Of a DNA stretch of 64,000 nt, positions 1 to 8,889 are shown piece after piece. The first letter of the stretch is position 1. Each line of letters opens with the position of its first letter. The notes under the pieces were generated by a model, which did no database searches, was not told the origin of the DNA, and saw nothing but the letters and a program-made list of their open reading frames with translations. This DNA is from a bacterium (GTDB taxonomy: Bacteria; Actinomycetota; Acidimicrobiia; Acidimicrobiales; Bin134), in the NCBI GenBank assembly GCA_026708015.1, contig JAPOVT010000049.1:5274-69273 (forward strand), read 5' to 3'. The position numbers and the translations under genes are program-made.

Positions 1-213
1 AACGGCGAGCTGGTCGACAACTGGATACGCCACACCTACCCCTACAACCTGACCCGGCTGCCGGCGGGCAGCGTTCGAGCCGGTTTCGCCGCCGACGGCA
101 TGCCGGTGGGACTCCAGTTGGTGGGCCGCCAGCTCGGCGATGTGCGGGTGCTCCAGGCCATGGCCTACTGCGAACAACTGTTCGCGCCCCCGATGTGGCC
201 TGCGCTATCCTGA
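1..213 (+). CDS. amidase-family protein, C-terminal fragment (5' end outside window)
   Basis: Frame 1 is open from the window edge to TGA 211-213. The tail ...GMPVGLQLVGRQLGDVRVLQAMAYCEQLF resembles C-termini of amidase-signature enzymes. Confidence 0.5.
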   Translation, partial: NGELVDNWIRHTYPYNLTRLPAGSVRAGFAADGMPVGLQLVGRQLGDVRVLQAMAYCEQLFAPPMWPALS

Positions 214-222
214 ACGACCCCC

Positions 223-296
223 GGACCGTTAGCTCAGATGGCCAGAGCGCTCGCCTCACACGCGAGAGGTCACTGGTTCAAGTCCAGTACGGTCCA
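223..296 (+). tRNA. tRNA-Val (anticodon CAC)
   Basis: Hand-folded cloverleaf. Acceptor GGACCGT/ACGGTCC, D stem GCTC/GAGC, anticodon stem CTCGC/GCGAG with loop CTCACAC, T arm ACTGG-TTCAAGT-CCAGT, discriminator A. CCA is not encoded. Confidence 0.9.
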
Positions 297-309
297 CCGC
301 TCCAGCTGA

Positions 310-618
310 TCATGTGCTCCGCGCCGCTGACCTGACCGAAACGGTGCTCACGGTGGTCGGAGACTTGTGAGCAGGATCGTCGAGTTTTTCAAGCACGCGA
401 ATGTGGTGATCGAGGGCTTCTTCGTGCGTCATCGGTGTTTCTGGCACAGGGTCGCCGTTTTCGAGCATCCCCTCAATGTGGAATTCAATGGCTCGGGCGG
501 CAGTTTCCTGCAGTTCTTCCCAGGTGCTCGCAGTGAATACACAGCCGGGAAGATCCGGCACGTAGGCCGAATAGTTTCTTGGGCCCTTCGCACAGACCAC
601 GGCGAACTCAAGCGTCAT
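310..618 (-). CDS. hicB: HicB-family type II antitoxin
   Basis: 102-aa ORF. The N-terminal YSAYVPDLPGCVFTASTWEELQETAARAIEFHIEGMLENGDPVPE is a typical HicB/UPF0150 fold signature. Its start overlaps the stop of the upstream hicA frame. Confidence 0.8.
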   Translation of the reverse strand: MTLEFAVVCAKGPRNYSAYVPDLPGCVFTASTWEELQETAARAIEFHIEGMLENGDPVPETPMTHEEALDHHIRVLEKLDDPAHKSPTTVSTVSVRSAARST

Positions 619-763
619 TGCGGCTCCCTTTGAGACCGGCTTGCTTCAAGATGCTCGACAATACCCACGGCGCCAAGTCGTCACTGGGCTTGCCCGCAAT
701 GGTTACTGTACCGGGCTTGGTCGGATGGTGGTACTGGCGGTGGCTCCATAAGTATATGTTTAG
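608..763 (-). pseudogene. hicA: hicA toxin remnant, 5'-truncated (no start codon)
   Basis: The minus-strand frame reads ...SHRQYHHPTKPGTVTIAGKPSDDLAPWVLSSILKQAGLKGSRNDA*, which matches the C-terminal two-thirds of HicA mRNA interferases. The frame opens directly after a TAG (766-764) with no ATG/GTG. It was not in the ORF track. Confidence 0.6.
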
Positions 764-793
764 CTATTTCAATATATTCCCGCCTACTCGCTT

Positions 794-854
794 TCAGACG
801 GCCAGAGCGCTCGCCTCACACGCGAGAGGTCACTGGTTCAAGTCAGTACGGTCC
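794..854 (+). repeat. degenerate copy of tRNA-Val 3' portion (att-like direct repeat)
   Basis: It matches 234-295 with one mismatch and a 1-nt deletion in the T stem. It lacks the acceptor 5' strand, so it is not a functional tRNA. Confidence 0.8.
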
Positions 855-869
855 GCTGAAACGCTGGCG

Positions 870-1328
870 CTAAGCCCCCAACGAGGGATTCTCAGACATC
901 GACTCGATGGTGGAGGAGGCGATCACATTGTGGTCGGCGTCGAGCGACTCGAACAGCACGCCGGTGGGGGAGTGGAGATTGAACAGCACGATGGCGCCCT
1001 CGGGGCCGCCCCTCTCCATGTGGACTTCTCCGCCGGGGCTCTGGCTGTAAGTGCCAGCCGGTTTGATTTTGTGGACGGTCTCGCCGTTGGGCTCGATGTC
1101 GAATACGTGGTGCTCACCTTGGAGCACCAGGGTGCGGGTGGCAGCCACGTGGCGGTGGAAGTGGCAGTGGGAGTTGGGGGCGAAGCGCACCAACAGGTCG
1201 AGCGTGCCGTTCTCGGGCTGCGAGCCGAGCACGGCCAAGTCGAAATCGACCAGATAGTCGAACTCTGGACCGCCCTCCATGTGGGTCCAGTCCAAGTCGT
1301 CTAGATCGAATCGAGCCTCAAAGGTCAT
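870..1328 (-). CDS. cupin-domain protein (ChrR-like cupin)
   Basis: 152-aa ORF. The His-rich core NSHCHFHRHVAATRTLVLQGEH is typical of the cupin beta-barrel. Confidence 0.6.
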   Translation of the reverse strand: MTFEARFDLDDLDWTHMEGGPEFDYLVDFDLAVLGSQPENGTLDLLVRFAPNSHCHFHRHVAATRTLVLQGEHHVFDIEPNGETVHKIKPAGTYSQSPGGEVHMERGGPEGAIVLFNLHSPTGVLFESLDADHNVIASSTIESMSENPSLGA

Positions 1329-1348
1329 GAGCCGTATCGTAGTGAGCT

Positions 1349-3157
1349 ATGACCGACACCCTCTCTTCGGACGCCACCGGACTGGACTTCGACCCCGACG
1401 CTCTCCGGGAGAAATACCGCCAGGAGCGCGACAAGCGCCTGCGGTCCGATGGAAACGATCAGTACATCGCCATGGATGGGGAGTTTTCCCGCTACCTGGA
1501 TGATCCGGCCCAGGCTGGCATCGTCCGCGAGCCCCTGACCGACGAGGTGGACGTGGCCATCATCGGCACCGGTTTCAGCGGGTTGCTGGCCGGGGCTCGG
1601 CTGCGGCAGTTCGGGGTGGAGAGCATCCGTATGATCGAGACCGGGGCCGAGTTCGGCGGCACCTGGTACTGGAACCAGTACCCCGGCGTGCAGTGCGACA
1701 TCGAGTCGTACATCTATCTGCCCCTCCTCGAGGAAATGGAGTACATGCCCAAGGAGAAGTACTCCTATGGCCCCGAGATCCTGGAGCACTGCCGGGCGCT
1801 GGGCCGCCATTTCGATCTGTACCGGGACGTCTGTTTCGGCACCCGGGTGCATGAGATGCACTGGGACGACACCGATGATCGCTGGGTGCTGCACACCAAC
1901 CACGACGACCGGATGCGGGCCCGGTTTGTGATCATGGCCATCGGGCCGCTCAGCCGGCCCAAGCTGCCCGGCATCGCTGGCATCGACACCTTCGAGGGCC
2001 ACTCGTTCCACACCAGCCGGTGGGACTACGACTACACCGGCGGCGACACCAACGGCGGCCTGACCAAGCTCTCCGACAAGGTGGTCGGGGTGATCGGCAC
2101 CGGCGCCACCGCGGTGCAGTGCATCCCCCATGTGGGCGAGGCAGCCAAGCACCTGTACGTGTTCCAGCGGACCCCGTCGTCCATTGACGTGCGAGGCAAC
2201 CGCCCCACCGACCAAGAATGGGTCGAGTCGCTGGAGCCCGGCTGGCAGCAGCACCGAATCGAGAACTTCGGCAACATCGTGGCCGGCAGCATGCAGGAGG
2301 AAGACCTGGTCAGCGACGGCTGGACCGATATCCTCCGCAACCTCACCGCGCTGGGGGAGGGCGCACGACTGGGCACCCCCGAGGAGATCGCTGAGGCCAT
2401 GGAGATGGCCGACTTCCAGAAAATGGAACAGATCCGCAGCCGGGTCGACGAGTTGATCGCCGACCCGAACGTCGCCGATGCGCTGAAGCCCTATTACCGG
2501 CAGTTCTGCAAGCGGCCCTGTTTCCACGACGACTATCTGCCCACCTTCAACCGCGACAACGTCACCCTCGTCGACACCGACGGCCAGGGCGTGGAGCGCA
2601 TCACCCCTCGGGGCGTGGTGGCCGGCGGCCAGGAGTACGAGCTGGACTGCTTGATCTTCGCCACCGGGTTCGAGGTGGGCACCGACTATTCCCACCGGGC
2701 CAACTGCGAGATCTACGGCCGGGGCGGGGTGACACTGAGCGAGCGGTGGAAGGACGGCATGTCCACCTTCCACGGTGTGGTCAGCCGGGGGTACCCCAAC
2801 CTGTTGCACATGGGCGGCATCCAGTCGGGGGTATCGCCCAACTTCACCGAGCTCTACAACGAGCAGAGCCAGCACGTGGCCTACATCGTCGAGCAGGGGC
2901 TGTCGTCGGGGGCAACCGTGATCGAGCCCACCGAGGAGGCCGAGGCCGAGTGGGTGCGTACCATCTTCGAGTCGGCCTATCGGCGGGCCGGCTTCCTCGA
3001 GTCGTGTACGCCCGGTTACTACAACAACGAGGGCAAGCCCGATGATGGCCCCGGCTGGTTCGGGGGCACCTACGGCGGCGGCGCCCAGGAGTTCTTCAAG
3101 CTTCTCAAGGCGTGGCGCGACGAGGGGTCCCTAGAAGGCCTGGAACTCCGCAGTTGA
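1349..3157 (+). CDS. type I Baeyer-Villiger (flavin/NADPH) monooxygenase
   Basis: 602 aa. Rossmann motifs GTGFSG and GTGATA are present, with the BVMO fingerprint FEGHSFHTSRWD (FxGxxxHxxxWD). Confidence 0.9.
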   Translation: MTDTLSSDATGLDFDPDALREKYRQERDKRLRSDGNDQYIAMDGEFSRYLDDPAQAGIVREPLTDEVDVAIIGTGFSGLLAGARLRQFGVESIRMIETGAEFGGTWYWNQYPGVQCDIESYIYLPLLEEMEYMPKEKYSYGPEILEHCRALGRHFDLYRDVCFGTRVHEMHWDDTDDRWVLHTNHDDRMRARFVIMAIGPLSRPKLPGIAGIDTFEGHSFHTSRWDYDYTGGDTNGGLTKLSDKVVGVIGTGATAVQCIPHVGEAAKHLYVFQRTPSSIDVRGNRPTDQEWVESLEPGWQQHRIENFGNIVAGSMQEEDLVSDGWTDILRNLTALGEGARLGTPEEIAEAMEMADFQKMEQIRSRVDELIADPNVADALKPYYRQFCKRPCFHDDYLPTFNRDNVTLVDTDGQGVERITPRGVVAGGQEYELDCLIFATGFEVGTDYSHRANCEIYGRGGVTLSERWKDGMSTFHGVVSRGYPNLLHMGGIQSGVSPNFTELYNEQSQHVAYIVEQGLSSGATVIEPTEEAEAEWVRTIFESAYRRAGFLESCTPGYYNNEGKPDDGPGWFGGTYGGGAQEFFKLLKAWRDEGSLEGLELRS

Positions 3158-3202
3158 CAAATGATGGCCAGATCATCGTGTTTGGTGACCGGAATTTCCG
3201 AC

Positions 3203-3208
3203 TATAAT
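3203..3208 (+). promoter_or_regulatory. candidate -10 hexamer TATAAT for a leaderless phd-vapC transcript
   Basis: A perfect TATAAT lies 8 nt before ATG 3217, with TTTGGT/TTGGTG 15-16 nt upstream. A small inverted repeat GGAAtTTCC (3191-3199) sits in the spacer. Confidence 0.35.
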
Positions 3209-3216
3209 TTAGGGCT

Positions 3217-3510
3217 ATGGAAAAAGTCGCTGCGGAGACTGCCAGGACTATGCCGGCCAATGAGTTCAAGACCCACTGCCTGCGGGTGATGGACGAGGTG
3301 GCCGAGACCGGCCAAGAGGTGATAGTCACCAAGCACCGCAAGCCAGTGGCGAAGCTCGTGCCGATGCCTGCACCCGGAGGTATCGTCGGCCTGTTCAAAG
3401 GTGTGATGACGGTCTCCGGCAATATCGACAAGCCTGCCTTCTCCCTAGATGAGTGGGAGGTCTTCTCCAACCCCGAGCAGGTGGTCAACCCCATGTCGAG
3501 AAAGGGATGA
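3217..3510 (+). CDS. Phd/YefM-type type II antitoxin
   Basis: 97 aa. NEFKTHCLRVMDEVAETGQEVIVTKHRKPVAKLVP is typical of prevent-host-death antitoxins. The stop overlaps the vapC start (ATGA). Confidence 0.8.
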   Translation: MEKVAAETARTMPANEFKTHCLRVMDEVAETGQEVIVTKHRKPVAKLVPMPAPGGIVGLFKGVMTVSGNIDKPAFSLDEWEVFSNPEQVVNPMSRKG

Positions 3511-3926
3511 TGCTCACGCTGGACACCAACGTGCTCATCGGCATCACCCTTGATGACGGCCGGGTTGGCTCTCTCTTCAGGGCTGAAGCAGAAAGTCTAG
3601 TCACCGAGCGCAGGCTGGCGGTGTCCTCGGCAGTGGTGCTGGAGATGGTGAGGCTCAACAGGGACGGAGTGATCTCAATGGGGATGCACCCACTGGTGTG
3701 GTGTCGGAATCTGTTGGGCACCGGTGTTGTGGACATTCCCGTCGATTACCGCATTGCTGCCGAAGCAGTGCTGTTGGCCGACAGGGGCTTTCATCCCGAC
3801 CCAATGGATCAGGTGATCGCAGCCACGGCCATTGTGTGCGGTCACGAACTCGCCACCTTTGACGAGGACATCATCTCGTGGGCAGAGAGCAATCCGGAAC
3901 TGCAATTGGTTGACCCCCGTCGATGA
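3507..3926 (+). CDS. vapC: PIN-domain ribonuclease toxin VapC
   Basis: Begins MMLTLDTNVLI (PIN first acidic residue), with a later conserved D in FDEDII. The in-frame ATG at 3507 overlaps the antitoxin stop. The ORF-track start at 3453 is probably too early. Confidence 0.8.
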   Translation: MMLTLDTNVLIGITLDDGRVGSLFRAEAESLVTERRLAVSSAVVLEMVRLNRDGVISMGMHPLVWCRNLLGTGVVDIPVDYRIAAEAVLLADRGFHPDPMDQVIAATAIVCGHELATFDEDIISWAESNPELQLVDPRR

Positions 3927-4001
3927 GCAATGGGGCCAATCCGCCCCGGCAGGTGAGGGGTTTGTCCGCCATTGGCTGACGCCGATGACTAGTTTGAGGA
4001 C

Positions 4002-5177
4002 ATGGCGGTCAAATTCGCCTATCGCAGCGGCGAGACCTGGGCCGATCCCTGGGACGACTATCGGGTGCTGCGCGACGAGGATCCGGTGCACGAGGTGGGC
4101 GACGGCGAGTTCTGGGTGCTGTCCCGATTCGACGACGTATTCGCCGCCGCCCGGGACACCGCCACCTACTCGTCGGCCAACGGACTGACCACCGCTCCCG
4201 ACGACATGGCCAGCTTCGGTGACGAGGCCCGGCCCATCGTGATGATGGACCCGCCCGAGCACACCGCCATGCGCCGACTGGTGAGCCGGCCCATGACCCC
4301 TCGCCAGGTGGCTCCGGTGGAGGACCAGGTTCGGGCCTTCGTCGCCGACAAGCTCGACGAAGTGGCCGACGCTGGGGACGTCGACATCGTCCAAGCGCTG
4401 TTCAAGCCGCTGCCCAGCTATCTGGTGGCGCACTATCTGGGCGTCCCGCCCGAAGACCGGGTGCTGTTCGACCGCTGGACCGAGCGCATCGTGCAGGCCA
4501 CGGCCGAGTCAACCGCCGCCTATGGCCAGAACCAAAGCGCGTTTCTCGAGCTGTTCGAGTACGCCACCGGGCTGATCGAGCGCCGCAAGGCCGAACCCGG
4601 AGACGACCTGGTGACCGGCCTGGTCGCAGAGGGCGAAGACGTCGCCTCGGCCATGTGGATCGTGGGGTTCATCTTCACCATGATCACCGGCGGCAACGAC
4701 ACCGTCACTGGGATGCTTAGCAGCTCGGCAGTGCTGCTCGACCGCCACCGGGATCAGCGCCAGCTGTTGATCGACGACCCGTCGGCCATTCCCAATGCGG
4801 TGGAGGAGCTGCTGCGACTGACCTCCCCGGTGCAGAACCTGGCCCGCACGTTGACCCGAGACGTGACCCTGCACGGCGTCACCATGCCCGAGGGCAAGAA
4901 GGCGTTGCTGCTGTTCGCGTCGGCCAACCGGGACGAGCGAGAGTTCGGCCCCACCGCCGGGGAGCTCGATGTGAAGCGCAAGATCGACAAGATTGTGGCC
5001 CTCGGCTACGGCGCCCATCACTGCCTCGGCGCGTCGGTGGCCCGGCTCCAGTGCAGAGTCGCCCTCGAAGAGCTGTTAGCGCGCTTCCCCGACTACTCAG
5101 TCGATGAGGACACCGCCCGCTTCGCCTCCGGCTGGTCGACTCGCCGCTACGAGTACCTGCCGTTCTCCACTAACTGA
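4002..5177 (+). CDS. cytochrome P450
   Basis: 391 aa. K-helix EELLRL and heme loop LGYGAHHCLGASVA (FxxGxxxCxG type). Confidence 0.9.
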   Translation: MAVKFAYRSGETWADPWDDYRVLRDEDPVHEVGDGEFWVLSRFDDVFAAARDTATYSSANGLTTAPDDMASFGDEARPIVMMDPPEHTAMRRLVSRPMTPRQVAPVEDQVRAFVADKLDEVADAGDVDIVQALFKPLPSYLVAHYLGVPPEDRVLFDRWTERIVQATAESTAAYGQNQSAFLELFEYATGLIERRKAEPGDDLVTGLVAEGEDVASAMWIVGFIFTMITGGNDTVTGMLSSSAVLLDRHRDQRQLLIDDPSAIPNAVEELLRLTSPVQNLARTLTRDVTLHGVTMPEGKKALLLFASANRDEREFGPTAGELDVKRKIDKIVALGYGAHHCLGASVARLQCRVALEELLARFPDYSVDEDTARFASGWSTRRYEYLPFSTN

Positions 5178-5517
5178 GTTCGCCGAGGCGCTCGAGGAAC
5201 TGGGTGGGAGCGCCCACGTATTGGGCGATCTCGGCCCTTGTCAGCAATTCGCTCCACTGCCCGTCGTGGTGGCGAACAATGGAAGGCAACCCAGTAGCAG
5301 CAGCCAGCTGTTCAGCAGTGGCCTCGTTGCGGTGGACCAGGTCCAGCTCAACGTCGGAGACTTCGCAGGCCTGCTTCCAGCTCCGGGACCCCATCGGGTT
5401 CCACCCGTGGGTGATGTCGCACAGCGCGCACTTCCCCCGGCCCAAGACCTTCCCCATGGCATATCGCAGTTCGCCGCTGAGGCCTCCGTTGGCGTCGTAT
5501 ATCCCCACGAGAGACAC
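5170..5517 (-). CDS. conserved hypothetical protein with CxxC motif
   Basis: The ORF track gives 5170-5595. A GTG at 5517 avoids overlap with the upstream gene, which ends at 5546. Contains GKCALCDITHG. I do not recognise the family. Confidence 0.5.
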   Translation of the reverse strand: MSLVGIYDANGGLSGELRYAMGKVLGRGKCALCDITHGWNPMGSRSWKQACEVSDVELDLVHRNEATAEQLAAATGLPSIVRHHDGQWSELLTRAEIAQYVGAPTQFLERLGELS

Positions 5518-5545
5518 GCTTAAGCGTATCGGCCAAAATCCCCGT

Positions 5546-5965
5546 TTACTGGGGCTGGCAGGCCCACTGCGACCAGGGATCGAGGCCGGTGGCATCTTCG
5601 AAGAACCGGACGAACTTGGCCGCTTGCAGGTTCGTGGCCGGATCGGTGAGGTCGACGGGTTGCCCGTTGTGGGAGCGGATCGACCACTCCGGGCGACTCC
5701 AGCCGGTGAGCCAGCCCTCGTTGATCTGCATGAGGCCCACCGATTCCACCCCCCACTCCTCCATGTAGCGGGTGTTCGGATTGCCGTGAGACTCGCAAGC
5801 CATTACCGAGAGCACATCGTCCACTTCGTCGGCCGGGAAGAACTCCTCCACCAACGGACGCCACTGCTCGACGCCGAAGTGGTCGTAGCTGTCGATCCGG
5901 CTTCCGCCGGCAACCAGAACGAAAGCGGACAGGGCGAGAAAGGCAAACAGGCGTAGTGGGCGCAT
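5546..5965 (-). CDS. secreted lytic transglycosylase (SLT-domain) protein
   Basis: 139 aa. N-terminal signal-like MRPLRLFAFLALSAFVLVAGG, catalytic-type ACESHGNP and GLMQINEGW motifs. Confidence 0.7.
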   Translation of the reverse strand: MRPLRLFAFLALSAFVLVAGGSRIDSYDHFGVEQWRPLVEEFFPADEVDDVLSVMACESHGNPNTRYMEEWGVESVGLMQINEGWLTGWSRPEWSIRSHNGQPVDLTDPATNLQAAKFVRFFEDATGLDPWSQWACQPQ

Positions 5966-6023
5966 ATTGGGGCTCTTGGGTGTCCAGATTGATTGGGGAG
6001 ATTGAAATGACGGTCAATCTCGA

Positions 6024-6911
6024 TTAATCCGCTGCCCGTATGCCCGCCTCAGCGGCACTGCCGCCGGGCCCCTTTACGGAGCGGCTGAGCAAGATAGCGG
6101 CGATAACCAAGGCAATGCCAAGCAATTCCCTAACACTGGGCACCTGGATGAGCACGGCCAAGCCCACCAGCACCGCGGTGGCGGGGAGCAGTGCCTGCAA
6201 GAGGGCGAAGCGGTGCTGGGTGATGCGCTTCATCACCAGCTGATCGATCCAGTAGGGAATGACGTTGGACAACAGGCCGGTGACCAGGGCCAACAGCAGA
6301 ACTACCGGCGAATCCAGCGCCGGCCCCAGCTCAGGGGCGCCGAATCCACTGATGGCCGCCGCACCGGCCAGCATTCCCAGGCCCAGGCCGTCGACCGCCG
6401 CCGGGCCGCGGGCCACTCGGTGGCCCAGCACGATGTAGCCGGCCCAGAACATTCCGGCCAAGAGGGCGAAACCCACCCCCCGCATGGTGCCTTCGGCCTC
6501 CACCCCGGCCAGCACTACCACGCCTCCCGCGGCCATCAGCAGTGCAGCCCCCGAGCGCAAGGTGCGGGTGAAGGCAGCGGCCACGAGGATCGGGCCGGTG
6601 AATTCGATGGCCACCGCATTGCCCAGTGGCAGCTCGTCGATGGACAGATAAATCGACAGGTTCATGGCGGCCAGCGTCATCCCGAAGGCCGACGCCCATG
6701 CCAGGTCGCTGGCCTTCCACCGGCGTTGCCAGGAGCGCCGCAGCAGGATGATCATCAACGCCGCCCCGAGCACCCTCACCAATGCCACGCCCGCCGGGGC
6801 CATCTCGTCGAACAGGTGAACGGCCACTGCCGCCCCTAGGTACTGGGATACCGCCCCCACCACAAACAGCGGTTCGGGGGCGACTGAATCCGATCGGTGC
6901 AGGCGGACCAC
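6024..6911 (-). CDS. EamA/DMT-superfamily transporter
   Basis: 295 aa, about 10 hydrophobic segments, two-EamA-repeat organisation (RhtA-like). Confidence 0.75.
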   Translation of the reverse strand: MVRLHRSDSVAPEPLFVVGAVSQYLGAAVAVHLFDEMAPAGVALVRVLGAALMIILLRRSWQRRWKASDLAWASAFGMTLAAMNLSIYLSIDELPLGNAVAIEFTGPILVAAAFTRTLRSGAALLMAAGGVVVLAGVEAEGTMRGVGFALLAGMFWAGYIVLGHRVARGPAAVDGLGLGMLAGAAAISGFGAPELGPALDSPVVLLLALVTGLLSNVIPYWIDQLVMKRITQHRFALLQALLPATAVLVGLAVLIQVPSVRELLGIALVIAAILLSRSVKGPGGSAAEAGIRAAD

Positions 6912-7004
6912 CTCCGTGTTCTACCCGTCCCGGTCTCCTCTATGCAGCAAATTCATGTGGTATCTCAGCCACCGCAGCCTTGTAGGGGTTCGTAGAGTGC
7001 AGGA

Positions 7005-7409
7005 ATGGACAGCGGCGACATGCGGGAGCGGGTGGAGGAGGCCCGCACCGGGGTGCTCGGCACTGTCACCGTGGAGGGTCGGCCCCACGCAGTGCCGTGC
7101 TGCTTCGTGTTGACCGACGACGTGTTGTATTCGGCGGTGGACGCCAAGCCCAAGTCCACATTGGTGCTGCGCCGACTGGACAACCTGGCCGCCAACCCGG
7201 CGGCTTGCCTGCTGGTGGACCGCTACGACGACGACTGGTCGCAGCTCTGGTGGATCCGGGTGGATGGAACCGCTCGAGTGTTGACCGACGGCGACGAGCG
7301 CGACCACGCCCTCGACTTGCTGGCTGCCAAGTATCACCAGTACCAGGAAACCCGCCCGCCCGGCCCGGTTATCGCTATTGACATCACCGACTGGCGCGCC
7401 TGGCCCTAG
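7005..7409 (+). CDS. PPOX-class probable F420-dependent enzyme
   Basis: 134 aa. ARTGVLGTVTVEGRPHAVPCCF...WWIRVDGTARVL is typical of the pyridoxamine-phosphate-oxidase-like F420 family. Confidence 0.7.
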   Translation: MDSGDMRERVEEARTGVLGTVTVEGRPHAVPCCFVLTDDVLYSAVDAKPKSTLVLRRLDNLAANPAACLLVDRYDDDWSQLWWIRVDGTARVLTDGDERDHALDLLAAKYHQYQETRPPGPVIAIDITDWRAWP

Positions 7410-7426
7410 CGGTGTGTCGGCTGGGC

Positions 7427-8863
7427 CTATTGAGGTGCTTCCGCCGCGGCGTTGCGGCCGGCTACTCGGCCAAAGGCTAAGGCGTCGCCGATGTGGAAGC
7501 CGCCGTCTTTGCACCGGCTGTAGGTGGAGCTGACGGTGCCGGCGGCGTAGAGGCGGCCGATGGTCTCGCCGAAGGGGTCGAGCACTTGGGCCTTCTCGTT
7601 GCGGCGGGGGCCGCCGTTGGTCCAGCCCAACAGGGGAGCGGAGGTGAACCCGTAGTAGGGGGGAGTGGCCAGCGGGGCGAGGGTGGCCGCTGGGCGGCCC
7701 AACGGGTCGTGCCCGGCGGCACAGGCGTCGTTCCACGAGCCCACCGCAGCCTCCAATCCGTCGGGGTCGATCCCCAAGACCTCGGCCAGTTCGGCGGGAG
7801 TGTCGGCCTGTTGGATCCACCCCTTTTCGATCTCGGCTGAATTGTCGGCGCTCCACTCGTAGCCCTCCATAAGCAGGTTCCACCCCACCGGCAGAATCTC
7901 TCTGGGCGGCGAGATGGGCCCGGCCTTCCGGGTGGCCTCGTCGAAGATCACATGCACAGGCCGCCGTTGGAACAGCTCGTAGTCGCCGTCGATGAGGCCG
8001 TGACCATGGCCTTGGGGTGGGATCTCATTGTGGGACCGTCGGCCGTCGTTGCCCACGCATATGAATCCCATGGAGTAGATGAACATCACGTACATCCCCG
8101 CCTCGAACCCGTCGGCGGCAAAACCGAGGGCGGCCATCATGTTGTCCATGTGCCACAGATCGGCGCCCACCTTCTGAGCCATCTTGATGCCATCGCCGGT
8201 TCCGGCCGGTGAACCCCACACCGGCGAGCCGGGCAGTTGCAAGTAGTCCCGCACCATCTCCGGGTTGTTCTCGAAGCCGCCAGTGGCCAGCACAACGCCC
8301 CGACGAGCGCCCACTCGGAGCGGCTGGCCGCCCGAAGACGCCACCACACCGACCACCGAGCCGTCGTCGTCGGTCACCAGCTCCTTGGCCGGCGTGTCCA
8401 GCGCCACCTCGACCCCCCGGTCCCGCACCACAGCCGACAGGACTTTCCATAAAAGCTGTTGGCCCATCTCCCCGTTGACCCCCAGGTAGCCGCCGTAGAA
8501 CTCTGCCCCAGGCAGTTCGGGATATTCGGGCTTGTAGTCGGCATGGACACCGGGGGTAACCCCCAGGCTCTCCAGCCACTCGGTGTTCTTGTAGGTCTCG
8601 TCAGCCCAGACCTCGATGATCTCCTCGGGCAAGGTGTAGGGGCCGCACAGCGACCGCAGGTATGTGGCCATCCCGTCGCGATCGAGGCTGTTGTACCAAA
8701 TGCCTCCCGAGATGCGGGTGTTGCCGCCCTCGCGGCCCTCGGGCATTTTCTCCAGCAAGATCACCGACGCCCCCGCATCGGCCGCCGAAATAGCGGCGGC
8801 ACACCCCGCCGCTCCCATCCCCAGAACTACAACGTCAGCTTCCCGGTCCCATCCATTGCTCAT
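7427..8863 (-). CDS. FAD-dependent oxidoreductase (fumarate reductase / KstD-like flavoprotein)
   Basis: Dinucleotide motif DVVVLGMGAAGCAAAISAADAGASVILLEK. I chose the start at ATG 8863 (MSNGWD...). The ORF-track start at 8935 would overlap the next gene. Confidence 0.8.
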   Translation of the reverse strand: MSNGWDREADVVVLGMGAAGCAAAISAADAGASVILLEKMPEGREGGNTRISGGIWYNSLDRDGMATYLRSLCGPYTLPEEIIEVWADETYKNTEWLESLGVTPGVHADYKPEYPELPGAEFYGGYLGVNGEMGQQLLWKVLSAVVRDRGVEVALDTPAKELVTDDDGSVVGVVASSGGQPLRVGARRGVVLATGGFENNPEMVRDYLQLPGSPVWGSPAGTGDGIKMAQKVGADLWHMDNMMAALGFAADGFEAGMYVMFIYSMGFICVGNDGRRSHNEIPPQGHGHGLIDGDYELFQRRPVHVIFDEATRKAGPISPPREILPVGWNLLMEGYEWSADNSAEIEKGWIQQADTPAELAEVLGIDPDGLEAAVGSWNDACAAGHDPLGRPAATLAPLATPPYYGFTSAPLLGWTNGGPRRNEKAQVLDPFGETIGRLYAAGTVSSTYSRCKDGGFHIGDALAFGRVAGRNAAAEAPQ

Positions 8864-8889
8864 GGCTGGGAATGTAGTGGGTCTATTGA

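Larger units (their letters stand above)
297..854. mobile_element. eroded integrative-element remnant bounded by tRNA-Val and a partial repeat of its 3' part
   Basis: A direct repeat (234-295 vs 794-854) brackets hicB and a truncated hicA. No integrase is left. Confidence 0.4.

Noticed and set aside
1325-2875. Very long antisense ORFs opposite well-supported genes. Examples: 516 aa opposite the BVMO, 374 aa at 10089-11213 opposite glnS, 564 aa at 28809-30503 opposite the sulfatase, 413 aa at 35749-36990, 415 aa at 42666-43913, 464 aa at 44849-46243.
   Set aside because: Their translations are low-complexity and Gly/Arg/Pro/His/Val-rich, with no motifs. The opposite strand carries clear family signatures. 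Stop-poor shadow frames are expected in high-GC DNA.
3154-3208. Perfect TTGACA (3154-3159) paired with perfect TATAAT (3203-3208) as a consensus promoter.
   Set aside because: The spacing is 43 nt, far from the 16-18 nt optimum. Only the -10 element is retained as a candidate.
5966-6023. A c-di-AMP (ydaO-type) riboswitch upstream of the secreted SLT/cell-wall hydrolase gene, as is common in Actinobacteria.
   Set aside because: Only about 58 nt of intergenic space is available, too short for the ~130-nt element, and no conserved motif was recognised.
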